Assembly: GCA_023150835.1 (NCBI GenBank)
Contig: JAKLKB010000054.1
Span: 1-42,852 of the forward strand
Source of the DNA: Myxococcota bacterium
GTDB lineage: Bacteria > Myxococcota_C > UBA6777
DNA length: 42,852 nucleotides
Reading direction: 5' to 3'
The notes under the pieces were generated by a model. It saw only the letters and a list, made by a program, of their open reading frames with translations. It ran no database searches and had not been told where the DNA came from. Within the stretch, counting starts at the first letter, position 1, and the number at the start of each line of letters is the position of its first letter. Positions 1 through 9,216 of the stretch are shown in pieces. Made by a program: the position numbers and the translations under genes.

Positions 1-111
1 CGGGCCGAGCGGAAAACGGCAGAACAAACAAAACTCCAGATCGGGTTTTTCGCTCAGATAAGAGGTCAGATCCTCTTTACAACGCGGGCATCGCTGTTCT
101 TGTGTTGTCAT
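1..111 (-). CDS. Partial CDS: N-terminus (37 aa) of a paralogous Ser/Thr kinase with a Zn-ribbon; the gene continues beyond the window edge
   Basis: The reverse complement of 1..111 translates to MTTQEQRCPRCKEDLTSYLSEKPDLEFCLFCRFPLGP. This is nearly identical to the N-terminus of kinase 1 in this window (MTTTEKTLCPRCKEDLSSYLAMKPDLGFCLFCQFPLMP), including the CxxC...CxxC Zn-ribbon. The minus-strand ATG is at 111. Confidence 0.4.
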   Translation of the reverse strand, partial: MTTQEQRCPRCKEDLTSYLSEKPDLEFCLFCRFPLGP

Positions 112-216
112 GCCGATCGATTCCATGGTGTGCGTGTTCCCTTGTTGGGTGCGCGTTTCTCTTGAGTGCCGCAGGAGAGAGCGTTTCGTGGTACTGCCTC
201 GTCAATTGCCGACGAA

Positions 217-245
217 TAGACAAAGCACACTGCGCGTACTATACA
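217..245 (+). promoter_or_regulatory. Candidate sigma70-like promoter for the Cys-rich repeat protein gene
   Basis: TAGACA at 217-222, a 17-nt spacer, then TATACA/TACAAT at 240-247. It lies about 100 bp upstream of the ATG at 349. Confidence 0.3.
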
Positions 246-348
246 ATACTTGCGTTATGGACAAGTATCGTTTTGCTGCGAAATCTTTTGTGTGGTGTGT
301 CGTCGTGGGCTTTTGAGTCGCTTCTTTTGTTTTTTTGGTGAGGGCGCG

Positions 349-1227
349 ATGTTTGGTTTGATTCGAAAAATGCGGATATTGCCGCTGGTTGTGTTGTTTT
401 CTGTGGGGGCGGTTTTTCCTGCCTTGACGCACTGTGTCGCAAAACGCGATGCGCATGGTTTGCCATGCAACGAAAACACCGACTGTTGGGGAGATTCGAT
501 GTATTGCAACACGACTCCTGTTGAAAAGGCAGGCAAAAAAGTGTGCTTGGTGGATCAGTCTTGTACGCAATCATCGGATTGTACGGACCCTTGGATGGTG
601 TGCTGTGTTCCCAAAGGAGCGTCGGATGGGCTGCGTTGTCGTTTTGATCAGGAGTGTGCAAACACGCAATGCACCAAACCGAATTGTTCTGCGGGGTATG
701 TCTGTGTGCGGGGCGGAAAGTGCCTAGACAGCGAAAGCAAGTCTTGCGACAGCGATTGTTATCAGCCTGCCAAATGTGACGTCGCTTCGGGGAAGTGCAG
801 CGGAGGGACAACAGGCTGCACGACAAACGCCGATTGCCCGTCTGGGCAGACCTGTGCTTCGGGAAAATGTACGGGAGGAGCAACGAACTGCACGAGCAAC
901 GCCGATTGCGCGCAAGGGCAGACCTGCAAAGTCGGGAAATGTGAGAACACCACAGCCAACTCGTGTGTCTCACCAGAGCCCGGCCAGTCGCCGCCTTGTG
1001 GAGCGGGGATGGTTTGTTGCGCACTGAGCGGGCAGCAAGGGACGTGTTGGTCTCCGTCCGATTGTGCGAGACGATACACGGCCTCTTGTCTCTCCCATAA
1101 AGATTGCCCTCCCGGATTACAGTGTTCGGATAAAAATTGCCTGATCTTGTCATCCTGCGAAAATGGTGGCACCTGCCCGACAGGGTTTCGCTGTGATGGA
1201 AAAAACTGTGTCCCAAATATGCCTTGA
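349..1227 (+). CDS. Secreted cysteine-rich repeat protein (myxobacterial-type Cys repeat)
   Basis: The track ORF 250..1227 was trimmed to the ATG at 349 (MFGLIRKMRILPLVVLFSVGAVFPALTHC is a signal peptide). The protein has over 50 Cys residues in repeated units such as C-T-[ST]-N-A-D-C-x-x-G-Q-T-C-x-x-G-K-C. This resembles the myxobacterial disulfide-rich repeat family (TIGR02232-like), recalled from memory. Confidence 0.7.
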   Translation: MFGLIRKMRILPLVVLFSVGAVFPALTHCVAKRDAHGLPCNENTDCWGDSMYCNTTPVEKAGKKVCLVDQSCTQSSDCTDPWMVCCVPKGASDGLRCRFDQECANTQCTKPNCSAGYVCVRGGKCLDSESKSCDSDCYQPAKCDVASGKCSGGTTGCTTNADCPSGQTCASGKCTGGATNCTSNADCAQGQTCKVGKCENTTANSCVSPEPGQSPPCGAGMVCCALSGQQGTCWSPSDCARRYTASCLSHKDCPPGLQCSDKNCLILSSCENGGTCPTGFRCDGKNCVPNMP

Positions 1228-1297
1228 GGGGGCGAGGGTTCGGTTGTTTGGAAAAGGTGCCTCGTAACTCTCTTTGTACCGCGATCTTGAGGTGGCG

Positions 1298-2305
1298 ATG
1301 ATTCGGTTGTTTGTGTGGGTTGTTTGGTTGTTTGTTGGAGCGTATTTCTTGATATCGCCTGTGGTGTGGGCAGAAGAGGACTCCAAGGCGTGCAGCCGCT
1401 TGTTTCAGCAAAAAGAAGCTCTGCGTGCGGCAGATTGTTTTTCCCGACTTGCCGAAAAGATGCCCGCTTCTGTGCAGCTGGATGCGTTGCAAAAGCGCCA
1501 GAAAGGGCTGTATCTGCAATACGCAGCGAAAGCTTATGTTGCGCACACCAAAGAAGAGCCCTTGGCGCAGAAGCAATCGTTTTTTTATGAAAAAGCAGTG
1601 TTGCTTTTACGACGTTATCTGGATGAAAAACTGTGCTTGCAAGCGTACCAATGTCGCTCGATACAAGGTTTGTTGTACGAGTACGAAAAGCGAATCGGTT
1701 ACGCGACCTTGGTTCTTTTGGATGATAGCCCGACTTCCCCGCAGGTCGAGGTCTTGGGATATCAAGTGGATCGGCGTTTTATGTTGAACAAAAAGCACAC
1801 AGAAAAGTTGCGCCCCGGCACCTACACCCTGCGCGTTTTGTATGCGGGTGCAGTGCCGATAGAGCGCGTGATCCTGCTCAAGCGAGAGACCGATCATGCG
1901 GAGCGCTTTTCGTCGCCATCGCAGGGGCCTGCCAAAACAGCGGCGAGTAGCGCGCCTTGGGTGGCGTGGCTGGTGTTTGGTGTGGGGGCAGCGTCGCTTG
2001 CGGGTGGGATCGCGCTGGTTGGGGCGTCGTTGGCGACGGACAGTGATGTTGCAGCGAAGCTAGAAAATGCGGGGGATCTTACGGTGGCGCAAAGCCGAGA
2101 GATCGGGAACACTTATGCGACTGCGCGGGGATTGAACACAGGAGGATGGGTGGCTGTCGGGGTGGGGGCTGCGGTGGCTGTGGGGGGGATCTTGTGGGTG
2201 GTGTTGGCTCCGAAAAGCCCCAAAGTATCGGGGGTAGCGCAAAAACAACGTCCGTTCGAGATGGAGCGTGCGAGAATCTCCGATTCTTCGATTCTTTTTC
2301 CCTGA
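1298..2305 (+). CDS. Hypothetical exported/membrane protein with a PEGA-like beta domain and two C-terminal Gly-rich transmembrane helices
   Basis: The track ORF 1274..2305 was trimmed to the ATG at 1298 (MIRLFVWVVWLFVGAYFLISPVVWA is a signal peptide). The segment ATLVLLDDSPTSPQVEVLGYQVD...LRPGTYTLRVLYAGAVPIERVILL resembles a PEGA/carboxypeptidase-regulatory-like fold. The C-terminus has hydrophobic stretches WVAWLVFGVGAASLAGGIALVGA and GGWVAVGVGAAVAVGGILWVVLA. Confidence 0.5.
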   Translation: MIRLFVWVVWLFVGAYFLISPVVWAEEDSKACSRLFQQKEALRAADCFSRLAEKMPASVQLDALQKRQKGLYLQYAAKAYVAHTKEEPLAQKQSFFYEKAVLLLRRYLDEKLCLQAYQCRSIQGLLYEYEKRIGYATLVLLDDSPTSPQVEVLGYQVDRRFMLNKKHTEKLRPGTYTLRVLYAGAVPIERVILLKRETDHAERFSSPSQGPAKTAASSAPWVAWLVFGVGAASLAGGIALVGASLATDSDVAAKLENAGDLTVAQSREIGNTYATARGLNTGGWVAVGVGAAVAVGGILWVVLAPKSPKVSGVAQKQRPFEMERARISDSSILFP

Positions 2306-2712
2306 AGCAGAAACCACGTGGTCGCCAAAACCCTCCCTGTTCGCAGCACTTCGAGCATACTGTTTGTGTGAATCGCCAAACGAACAAAAACCCCCGTGTT
2401 CGCAGACATTCTAGCGGATTAGCTGTTGGTTTGAAAAACGTTTGATCATCCCGCCAGTACGGGGTCAAGGGGCCATTGGTCCCTTGTGGGGTGTGGGCAA
2501 CGCCCCATACGCGCCTTGTTAAGGTGGAAACCTCGTAGAGTCGGTCTTGATCGCCTTTTTTTTTTCTCCCCCCCTCAATCCCCCCGGCCAACGGGGGGAA
2601 GTTGGAACGGGCAGCGTCTGCATTTCGTGCATACAGCGTGCGTCATGAAAAAACAAAATCCCCGATGCTTCCGACTTTCGCTCCCTCCCCTGTTCACGTT
2701 GATAGAGATAGA

Positions 2713-4953
2713 TTATTTGGAGAGACAATAATCCATCTCGACGACGTCATCGCTTTGTTCGCGCATTCGGACGCGGAAGGGGGATTTTTGCGGGACGTTG
2801 AACTGACATTCGTGAAAGCCGGGATGGGAGAGTGAGGCTTTTTTGATTCCTTTTGGCAGACAAAATCCTTTTCCGTCTGTGGCCTTTGTGGCTTTTTGAT
2901 TTCCTGAAAGAAGGATATCGCTGAGCCGAACACGTGGAGAAACCACCATCCAGATCCTGTCTGGACAGGGAGATACTTTTTGAGGGGGTGGAGGGGGAGG
3001 CGTGGGGGTGGGAGAGTCGGGAGGTTGTTTGGGCAGGCGGCGCGAAGGCTTGCGGCGTGCGAGTTTTCGCCGAGGTTTGGGAGGGGTGGTGCTTGGTTCG
3101 GGCTGAAGTTCGGGAGAGGCTTCTTCGGGCAAGGCTTCGGGTAATCTCTCGGTGGGTGATGCGGATTTTTCTTCGGGAAGTCGAACTTCCATGTCGGGGA
3201 AAGGAACCCATCTTGCGGTTCCTGCGTCAGCGAGGGCTGCGGTGATCGGTTCGTCGGATCGAGGGGGAGGACTAGAAAAAAGGCCCATCGCATAAGCGAT
3301 GCCGATCGCGGCGATAAAAAACAGGGTGCTTCCAACGAAGAGGCCCAAGGATCTGTTTTTGGGGGAGAGAGACTCCACGTCGTCCGAACCTGCGAGCGTT
3401 GCACGCGAAGAAGGCGAACGCGTCGTGGGGGGGGACGGTGGTGTGGCGATCGCGATCGGGCGGCTACCTTGATCGAGCGTTGCAGATCGGGCGGATGGAG
3501 GTGTGTCTCCGCCGAGCGTTGTAGAGCGGGAGGATGAAGGTCTGTCTCCAAAGGTGACTTTGGCGGCGGAAGATGGCGGAGAAGAGAGCGATGCCGCAGG
3601 TGGCGAAGACAACAGAGAAGCGGACGGCGGCGGAGAAGAGAGGGCCGCAGTGTGTCGAGGGGAGGGGGCAACGGCGGCGCGTTGGGCAGAAGACGGTGCG
3701 TTGGGTGTGATCGCCATGGTTTCTTCGTCGATGGCGTCGAGGTCGGCTTCTGTGGAGGTGGGGAGGGGGCCAAATGAAGCGGGGATAGGCGGGTGCTGGC
3801 CGTGTTCGCTGGTATGGATCACGGGGGTTGTGCGCGGCGTATGGAGGTCCATTTGTCCCGTGTGATCGAGGGCGATGGCCTGTTTGGGTGGAGTTTGGCG
3901 TGTACTGTCTGAAGCCGCAGTCAGTCCTGCGATCCGTGCGGGTTTTTGAAGGGTGTATCCTTCGTGGTCGCTTTGGAAGGGTTCGAGTGCGGCCCAAAAG
4001 GCTTCGGCAGAAGGGAAGCGTTGTTGGGGATCGCGTGATAAGGCCCGTTGTACGGCGAGATCGAGTCCTTCGGGGATGCCTCGATCAGGGCGGATGGTGC
4101 GCAGGGGTGGGATCTTGTCGCTCATCATCCGCATGGAGATCAGTTGGAGCAGGGTAAGTTCTTTGATCTTTTGTGGATCGACGAGCGGGATCTGGCCTGT
4201 GAGCAGCTCGTGAAGGATGATGCCCATCGCGTAGATATCAGCGCGGTGATCGAGGTTTGCGGCGTTGGAGATCTGTTCGGGGGCGACATAAAAGGGGGTG
4301 CCAAGGAGGCCTTGTGTTTTGTGTCCACCTGTGGAAGTTGCGCTGTCAAGGGGCTTTGCGATACCAAAGTCGAGAACTTTGACAAAGTTCTCGCGGCGGC
4401 GATGGTGGATCAAGAAGATGTTGTCGGGCTTGAGATCGCGGTGGACGATCTGCTCTTCGTGGGCGGCTTGCATGGCGTCGCAGAGTTGGGCAAACACATC
4501 GAGACACCACGATATCGGCGGTAGTTGCGAGCGATCGGTCAAGCAGTCGGTCAGGGGGACGCCCTTCAAAAACTCCATGACATAGAAGTATCCGAGGCGG
4601 GGGATCTCACCGAAATCATCGAAGACACGGACGATATGGGGGTTGCGTTGAGACAGCGCCGATGTGGTTTGAACCTCGCGCAAAAAGCGGTCTTTCATGC
4701 CGAGTTGTTCCATGACTTCGGGCTTCATGATCTTGACGACGCGCTCGGCGTCTCGGTGCATGGTGAGGTGCATCGCACGGTACACCATGCCAAACCCACC
4801 TTCTCCAAGCACTTCGATCAACCGATACTTCCCTGCGATGGGCATCAGGGGAAATTGACAAAACAAGCAAAAGCCCAGATCGGGCTTCATCGCGAGGTAA
4901 GAAGAAAGGTCTTCTTTGCACCGAGGGCAGAGCGTCTTCTCTGTGGTGGTCAT
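2713..4953 (-). CDS. Ser/Thr protein kinase 1 (Hanks-type) with an N-terminal Zn-ribbon, a Pro-rich linker, one transmembrane helix and a disordered C-terminal tail
   Basis: Kinase motifs are present: GEGGFGMVY, VVKIMK, HRDLKPDNIFL, DFGIAK and GTPFYVAPE. The N-terminus carries CPRCKE...CLFCQ. The start was set at MTTTEK (4953) by analogy with the paralogue at the window start, and the upstream 48 codons of the track ORF overlap a repeated non-coding motif. There is a transmembrane helix LGLFVGSTLFFIAAIGIAYAMGLF. The C-terminal 120 aa are low-complexity and run into an AT-richer region, so the 3' end is uncertain. Confidence 0.8.
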   Translation of the reverse strand: MTTTEKTLCPRCKEDLSSYLAMKPDLGFCLFCQFPLMPIAGKYRLIEVLGEGGFGMVYRAMHLTMHRDAERVVKIMKPEVMEQLGMKDRFLREVQTTSALSQRNPHIVRVFDDFGEIPRLGYFYVMEFLKGVPLTDCLTDRSQLPPISWCLDVFAQLCDAMQAAHEEQIVHRDLKPDNIFLIHHRRRENFVKVLDFGIAKPLDSATSTGGHKTQGLLGTPFYVAPEQISNAANLDHRADIYAMGIILHELLTGQIPLVDPQKIKELTLLQLISMRMMSDKIPPLRTIRPDRGIPEGLDLAVQRALSRDPQQRFPSAEAFWAALEPFQSDHEGYTLQKPARIAGLTAASDSTRQTPPKQAIALDHTGQMDLHTPRTTPVIHTSEHGQHPPIPASFGPLPTSTEADLDAIDEETMAITPNAPSSAQRAAVAPSPRHTAALSSPPPSASLLSSPPAASLSSPPSSAAKVTFGDRPSSSRSTTLGGDTPPSARSATLDQGSRPIAIATPPSPPTTRSPSSRATLAGSDDVESLSPKNRSLGLFVGSTLFFIAAIGIAYAMGLFSSPPPRSDEPITAALADAGTARWVPFPDMEVRLPEEKSASPTERLPEALPEEASPELQPEPSTTPPKPRRKLARRKPSRRLPKQPPDSPTPTPPPPPPQKVSPCPDRIWMVVSPRVRLSDILLSGNQKATKATDGKGFCLPKGIKKASLSHPGFHECQFNVPQKSPFRVRMREQSDDVVEMDYCLSK

Positions 4954-5145
4954 CCAACATCTCCAAAACAGCGCTGTGATCGCTGCGTAGCGCGGGGCCA
5001 TCGGTATCCGCCCCCCAACACTTCAGCACATCGTTGGATTGCTGCGTAGCGCGGGGGCCATCGTGTTGTATTCGTTTCTTTACAGCCACGCTACGCGCTC
5101 TTGTGTGGCTCTGTCGTTGTTGAGCGTCAAAATCATCGAGCTGCA

Positions 5146-7032
5146 TCAAGTCCCCCACAGCCAGAGCGCAAGGCTTCCTAACAAAACGATTAGGCCGAGG
5201 CTCCACCACAAGAATGCACGCCCTTTGCTTTTGGGTGTAGGGGATGTCGCACGAAACTCCGATGATTCAAAGCTCTTGGGGGATCGAGGGGGGGCTTCTT
5301 GTTTGAGCAGGTTGCGCACAGGGAGCATCTCTTGGGTGGGGAGTTCTTGGAGGGGAGTAAAGGAGTCGAGTTCTTTGGTGGAAGGGGTTGGGCGTAAAAG
5401 AGCAGAGGGGCGATCGAGGGCTGGGAGTCCATCTTCGGAAGCGGCTTGGTGGAAGGGGGAAGGGTGAGGTTGTGGTGAGGCGACGAGAAATGCAGGGGGT
5501 TGGATCGCTTCAAGTACTCCGAAGGATTGGATCTCGATGTGTGTACGATCGTCGGAGGGGGGCGGCTTGGGTCGGTGGGTTGGGCGTTTCGATGCGGTGG
5601 GCTGGTAGGAGGGTTCTTCGGCGGGTTGGTAGGAGGGTTCTTCGGCGGTCGCTTCGGCAAAAAGAGGGAGGGAGACGGCTTTGATCTCGCTCCATGACGC
5701 CATCGCGCTTTCGTCGTCAGGAAGGGTATTTTCGAGAGAAGGTGTCGTGGGAGCCGATGGTTCGGGCGACTGGATCGCCCAAGAGGGGGCGATCTGTGTA
5801 GCGACTTCCCAGTCTTGGGCGGGCGGTGCAGCGGAGATTTGGGGGGAGGAAGGATGAGAGGGGGTGCCGTCGCGGGGGGCGTTTGGTGCGGGATGTTGGG
5901 TGTAGGGGGCGGCGTTCCAATCGTCTCCCGAAGAGGATTCGATCTGGGTTGAGGCGGCCCAATCGTCGGCAGAACGGGCATCCCACAGCGTGCGTGCAGA
6001 AGGAGCAGAAGACTCAAGGGCGACTTCTGTCCCCAAAAGGTAAGCGCGATCGTGCGGAGGCGAAAAGTGCTCTCCTTGGATGGCTTGGCCGGAGATCAAG
6101 TCTCCAAAAAACTCTGCAAGATCATCTTGTTCGAGAAATATCTGGTGGGCGCGTAAGAGTTGTTCGAGGGCGCGATAGGTTTGGCGTGCGTCGGCAAAGC
6201 GGTGTTCTCGGTCTTTGTGCAGCATGCGGGCAACGATCGCATCAAGGGCTTCGGGGATATCTGGGCGGTGGTTGCGCATCGGAGGTTGGTGGTGATCCAC
6301 GACGGCGAAGATCTGCGCGCCCATCCCGCCTTCTGTGGGTTCAAAGGGGCGGATATGGGTACAAAGTTCATACAAGATCGAACCAAGCGAGAAGATATCG
6401 GAGCGTCCATCCAGAGCTTGTCCTAAGATCTGTTCGGGCGACATATACGCGGCGGTGCCTTTGAGGACTTCCGAATTTTTCTGTGTGATGTTGTAGCTTT
6501 TGGCGATACCGAAGTCGATCAGTTTGAGAAAGCCTTCGCGGGCAAGGATCACGTTGGCGGGCTTGAGATCGCGGTGAACCAGACCAAGGGAACGACCATC
6601 CATGCCGCATTTTTGGTGGGCGTGTTGGAGGGCGCGGGCGATGCGCGCTCCGAAACGAACCGCAAGTGGCCAAGGCAAGGGGCGTTTCCAAGAAGCCCAA
6701 CAGCGATCCATCACCACGCGCAGATCGGCCCCGTCGATCCGCTCCATTGCGATGTAGACGATATCGTCTTCTTGGCCGACGTCGTAGATCTCGACGATAT
6801 CAGGGTGTTGAAGTTGGGCGGCGAGTCGGGCTTCTTGGAGCAGCACACGTTGGGCTTCGCTGGTAAAATCTCGATCGGAGCGCAATAATTTGAGGACAAC
6901 ACTTTTGCGAAATCCTGCGATGCCGGTCTGTTCGGCTTCCCATACGTCGGCTTGTCCCCCACGCGAGAGATGGCGCACCAGTTTGTATTTGCCTTGGACG
7001 ATGACGTGTCCGGGTTCGATCTTGCGTTCCAT
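5146..7032 (-). CDS. Ser/Thr protein kinase 2 (Hanks-type), Pro-rich, with a C-terminal transmembrane anchor
   Basis: Motifs present: GGQADVW, VVLKLL, HRDLKPANVIL, DFGIAK and MSPEQ. The C-terminus ends in a hydrophobic helix AFLWWSLGLIVLLGSLALWLWGT. An overlapping ORF 5190..6017 in another frame is Pro-rich noise. Confidence 0.85.
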   Translation of the reverse strand: MERKIEPGHVIVQGKYKLVRHLSRGGQADVWEAEQTGIAGFRKSVVLKLLRSDRDFTSEAQRVLLQEARLAAQLQHPDIVEIYDVGQEDDIVYIAMERIDGADLRVVMDRCWASWKRPLPWPLAVRFGARIARALQHAHQKCGMDGRSLGLVHRDLKPANVILAREGFLKLIDFGIAKSYNITQKNSEVLKGTAAYMSPEQILGQALDGRSDIFSLGSILYELCTHIRPFEPTEGGMGAQIFAVVDHHQPPMRNHRPDIPEALDAIVARMLHKDREHRFADARQTYRALEQLLRAHQIFLEQDDLAEFFGDLISGQAIQGEHFSPPHDRAYLLGTEVALESSAPSARTLWDARSADDWAASTQIESSSGDDWNAAPYTQHPAPNAPRDGTPSHPSSPQISAAPPAQDWEVATQIAPSWAIQSPEPSAPTTPSLENTLPDDESAMASWSEIKAVSLPLFAEATAEEPSYQPAEEPSYQPTASKRPTHRPKPPPSDDRTHIEIQSFGVLEAIQPPAFLVASPQPHPSPFHQAASEDGLPALDRPSALLRPTPSTKELDSFTPLQELPTQEMLPVRNLLKQEAPPRSPKSFESSEFRATSPTPKSKGRAFLWWSLGLIVLLGSLALWLWGT

Positions 7033-7094
7033 CTTCTCTGCCTACTTAGTCCGATGTCTTGGAGAAAGCGTTGTTTTGATGTGGCGAAGCACGG

Positions 7095-7700
7095 TTACAG
7101 AAAAGAAGTTCCTGTTTCTTCCAAGAAAGTCTTTTCAGCTTGTGTTGAAGGGCGACCGAGAACCGCGTTGCGGTATGGAAATCGCCCAAACTGCTCGATC
7201 AAGGCGTGATGGCGCTCTGCATAATCCCGATAAGACGCAAACAAGGGCTTTTGCGAAGCAGGGGCTGCTTCTTCTAAAGCCCGAAACAACGCAACGGAGC
7301 GTTGTTGCATCGGCAAAGATTCCGCATGTTCTAGGGGGAGCAAGACAAAGACACGCTCGATCAACGTGAGGGCTTGCCAGCTTCCGTCCTCGATGCAAGC
7401 AAGCGCGATATCGAGAGCCTTGGCATCCTGCGCGAAGGCTTGGGGTTGTCCTCTATAGACGTTGCGAGGAAATTGATCAAGCAACAAACACAACGCAAGG
7501 CATCCACGCGGGGTTTGACGCCAAGCGTCCAGTCCGCCTGTGGTGGCAGCTTCCATCTCTTCGTCAAAGAGGTCTTCGAGCTCGCGGTCGAAGGCTTCGC
7601 CACCGCGAAACCATTTTGCGCGTTTTTCTTCGGAAACTTCGCCCTCTGATGAGATTCGACCAAACCAAAACCACAAGATCTCAGCAGCGCGTGGGTCCAT
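7095..7700 (-). CDS. DUF924 family protein
   Basis: The long track ORF 7095..8273 was trimmed to the ATG at 7700 (MDPRAAEILWFWFG...). Conserved DUF924 blocks are present: WF(R)GG, LDxWRxTPRG, LLDQFPRN, LP(L)EH(A)ESL and ERFGRFPYRN. Confidence 0.75.
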   Translation of the reverse strand: MDPRAAEILWFWFGRISSEGEVSEEKRAKWFRGGEAFDRELEDLFDEEMEAATTGGLDAWRQTPRGCLALCLLLDQFPRNVYRGQPQAFAQDAKALDIALACIEDGSWQALTLIERVFVLLPLEHAESLPMQQRSVALFRALEEAAPASQKPLFASYRDYAERHHALIEQFGRFPYRNAVLGRPSTQAEKTFLEETGTSFL

Positions 7701-7776
7701 TGTGTTGTTCCTTTTGGGTGAGGGGGTGATGTTTGTGTTGTCGAGGTCGGGCCGATCGGCGTTGACTAGCCTTGTT

Positions 7777-8217
7777 TTAACGCGCAGAGGCGAGCCGCAC
7801 AAGGTGGCGTCCTCCGCTTTGCTCCCAAAGAAGGGCCTTTGTGAAGCGTAGGGTCCGTCCGTCTCGATAATGCAGCGCAACGGTGAGTGTGTGAGATCCC
7901 CGCAACAAACGCAAGCGTTGTTTGCGAGAGACCGTCGTTGTCTCGGTGCGTGGGGGACGGTGGTGAAAGAATGTGACGTGAGCAAGGCGTTTTTGCTTGT
8001 GGTCGGTGATGTGGGCCACAACGCGCAAAAGCTCGGATGGATGGGGTATATCGTTATATTGATACTCAACCTCGGCGTCGATCGGATAGTCTGTTTGATA
8101 GATCCGACTTCCCCATAACAACGCCCCTGCCAAGATCGCCAGCAAAACACCACGCGCAACAGCGTTTCGCCACGCAGAAAACGACGCAAGAGCATCTTGT
8201 TTTTCAATGGGTTGCAT
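7777..8217 (-). CDS. Hypothetical small membrane-anchored protein
   Basis: 146-aa ORF with one N-terminal hydrophobic segment (GVLLAILAGALLWG). No recognisable domain. It lies upstream of, and on the same strand as, the DUF924 gene. Confidence 0.4.
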   Translation of the reverse strand: MQPIEKQDALASFSAWRNAVARGVLLAILAGALLWGSRIYQTDYPIDAEVEYQYNDIPHPSELLRVVAHITDHKQKRLAHVTFFHHRPPRTETTTVSRKQRLRLLRGSHTLTVALHYRDGRTLRFTKALLWEQSGGRHLVRLASAR

Positions 8218-8338
8218 CTTTTGGTTGCCCTTTCCATCTTAAACCGAAGCAAGCCCGCAAAGCTTGGGGCCAAGGAGACACTCCCCGCGTGTGTTTCCCA
8301 TCACCGCGAGGCGACGGAAGCTCCCTCGCAAAAGGAAG

Positions 8339-9166
8339 ATGCCCATGTCATCGTCTTTTGAGCTAGAACATCCCTTGCAAGAGCGCAAGACCCTGCGGGG
8401 ATGGATTCCGCTCGCTGCGCCTGTTTTGTTGCACACGTTTGCTTGTGACAGCGCCGAGAGGATGTTGTGTATTTGTGAACGAGCCGGCCATGTCATCGAC
8501 CCGACGGTTTGGAAGGCTCTTTATACAAAGCGCCGTTGGATCGAAGGAAAGCAGGGGGAGATCGAGCAACAAGAGGTGCTGCGTGCGTTGCTTTCGTTGA
8601 CTTTGGAGGCGATCGACGTGGATATGGCGCTTGCGTGGTCTTATCTCGCTGTGGCCGAAGCCATCCATCACGACGCACAAGAAGCTGCACTCAAAACATC
8701 TTCCAAAACAGCCCGCGCTGCTGCGATCTTGGCTTTGAGCCAATCACAGGCGGCGTCCCCGAACGAAGAAACCCATCCTTCGTTGGTTTTAGGCCAAGCA
8801 CAAACGAGATCCCCGAACGAAGAAACCCATCTTTCGTTGGTTTTAGGCCAACAAACGAAATCTCCGAGCGCAGCCCACCCTTGTTTGTATGCTCCGTCCG
8901 TTCTGCGTCGCGGCTACCTTTTGCGCACAACGGCTTCGATCTCCCAATGGCAGGAACATCCGTACTTTCAGCAGCGATGGACCCCGTCGCTTCGCGCTTG
9001 GATCTTCGAGCGCTTTTGGCAAGAAGATCATCTTGCGATGTTGATCTCGATGATGTCTCGTGCTCGCCATCGGCTGCTTTCGGCTCTGTTGCAGCGTCAA
9101 GACAGCAAGACGCAAGCTGCACAGCGTTGGCAACACCTCTGGCAGGACGTCTTGTTTGAAGCGTAG
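8339..9166 (+). CDS. Hypothetical protein with an internal 17-18-aa tandem repeat (SPNEETHPSLVLGQxQT)
   Basis: The track ORF 8264..9166 was trimmed to the ATG at 8339, which is preceded by AAAGGAAG. The region is ambiguous: two further ORFs (8509..9159 plus strand, 8691..9329 minus strand) read through the same DNA repeat in other frames. Confidence 0.4.
   Translation: MPMSSSFELEHPLQERKTLRGWIPLAAPVLLHTFACDSAERMLCICERAGHVIDPTVWKALYTKRRWIEGKQGEIEQQEVLRALLSLTLEAIDVDMALAWSYLAVAEAIHHDAQEAALKTSSKTARAAAILALSQSQAASPNEETHPSLVLGQAQTRSPNEETHLSLVLGQQTKSPSAAHPCLYAPSVLRRGYLLRTTASISQWQEHPYFQQRWTPSLRAWIFERFWQEDHLAMLISMMSRARHRLLSALLQRQDSKTQAAQRWQHLWQDVLFEA
8756..8873. repeat. Tandem DNA repeat, 54 bp and 51 bp units plus a 13-bp partial third copy; each unit contains a hairpin
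   Basis: tccccgaacgaagaaacccatccttcgttggttttaggccaagcacaaacgaga (8756-8809), then tccccgaacgaagaaacccatctttcgttggttttaggccaacaaacgaaa (8810-8860), then tctccgagcgcag. Within each unit, cgaacgaag pairs with cttcgttgg across a 9-nt loop. Confidence 0.7.
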
Positions 9167-9216
9167 ATCTTTCCCGATGGATGGGATGAATGGAAACAAG
9201 AGAGCGGGGTGGCGTT

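Noticed and set aside
239-1576. 445-aa minus-strand ORF antisense to the Cys-rich repeat gene and the start of the next gene
   Set aside because: It spans two plus-strand genes and an intergenic region. Its composition is Arg/Pro/His-rich, typical of the antisense of GC-rich coding DNA. It has no domain resemblance, whereas the sense-strand proteins have signal peptides and ordered repeats.
2694-3773. 359-aa Pro-rich minus-strand ORF overlapping kinase 1 in another frame
   Set aside because: It is an alternative frame of the low-complexity Pro-rich linker of the kinase. The kinase frame carries the real catalytic motifs upstream.
5190-6017. 275-aa minus-strand ORF inside kinase 2 in a different frame
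   Set aside because: Same strand but an alternative frame of the Pro-rich C-terminal region of kinase 2; pure low-complexity sequence.
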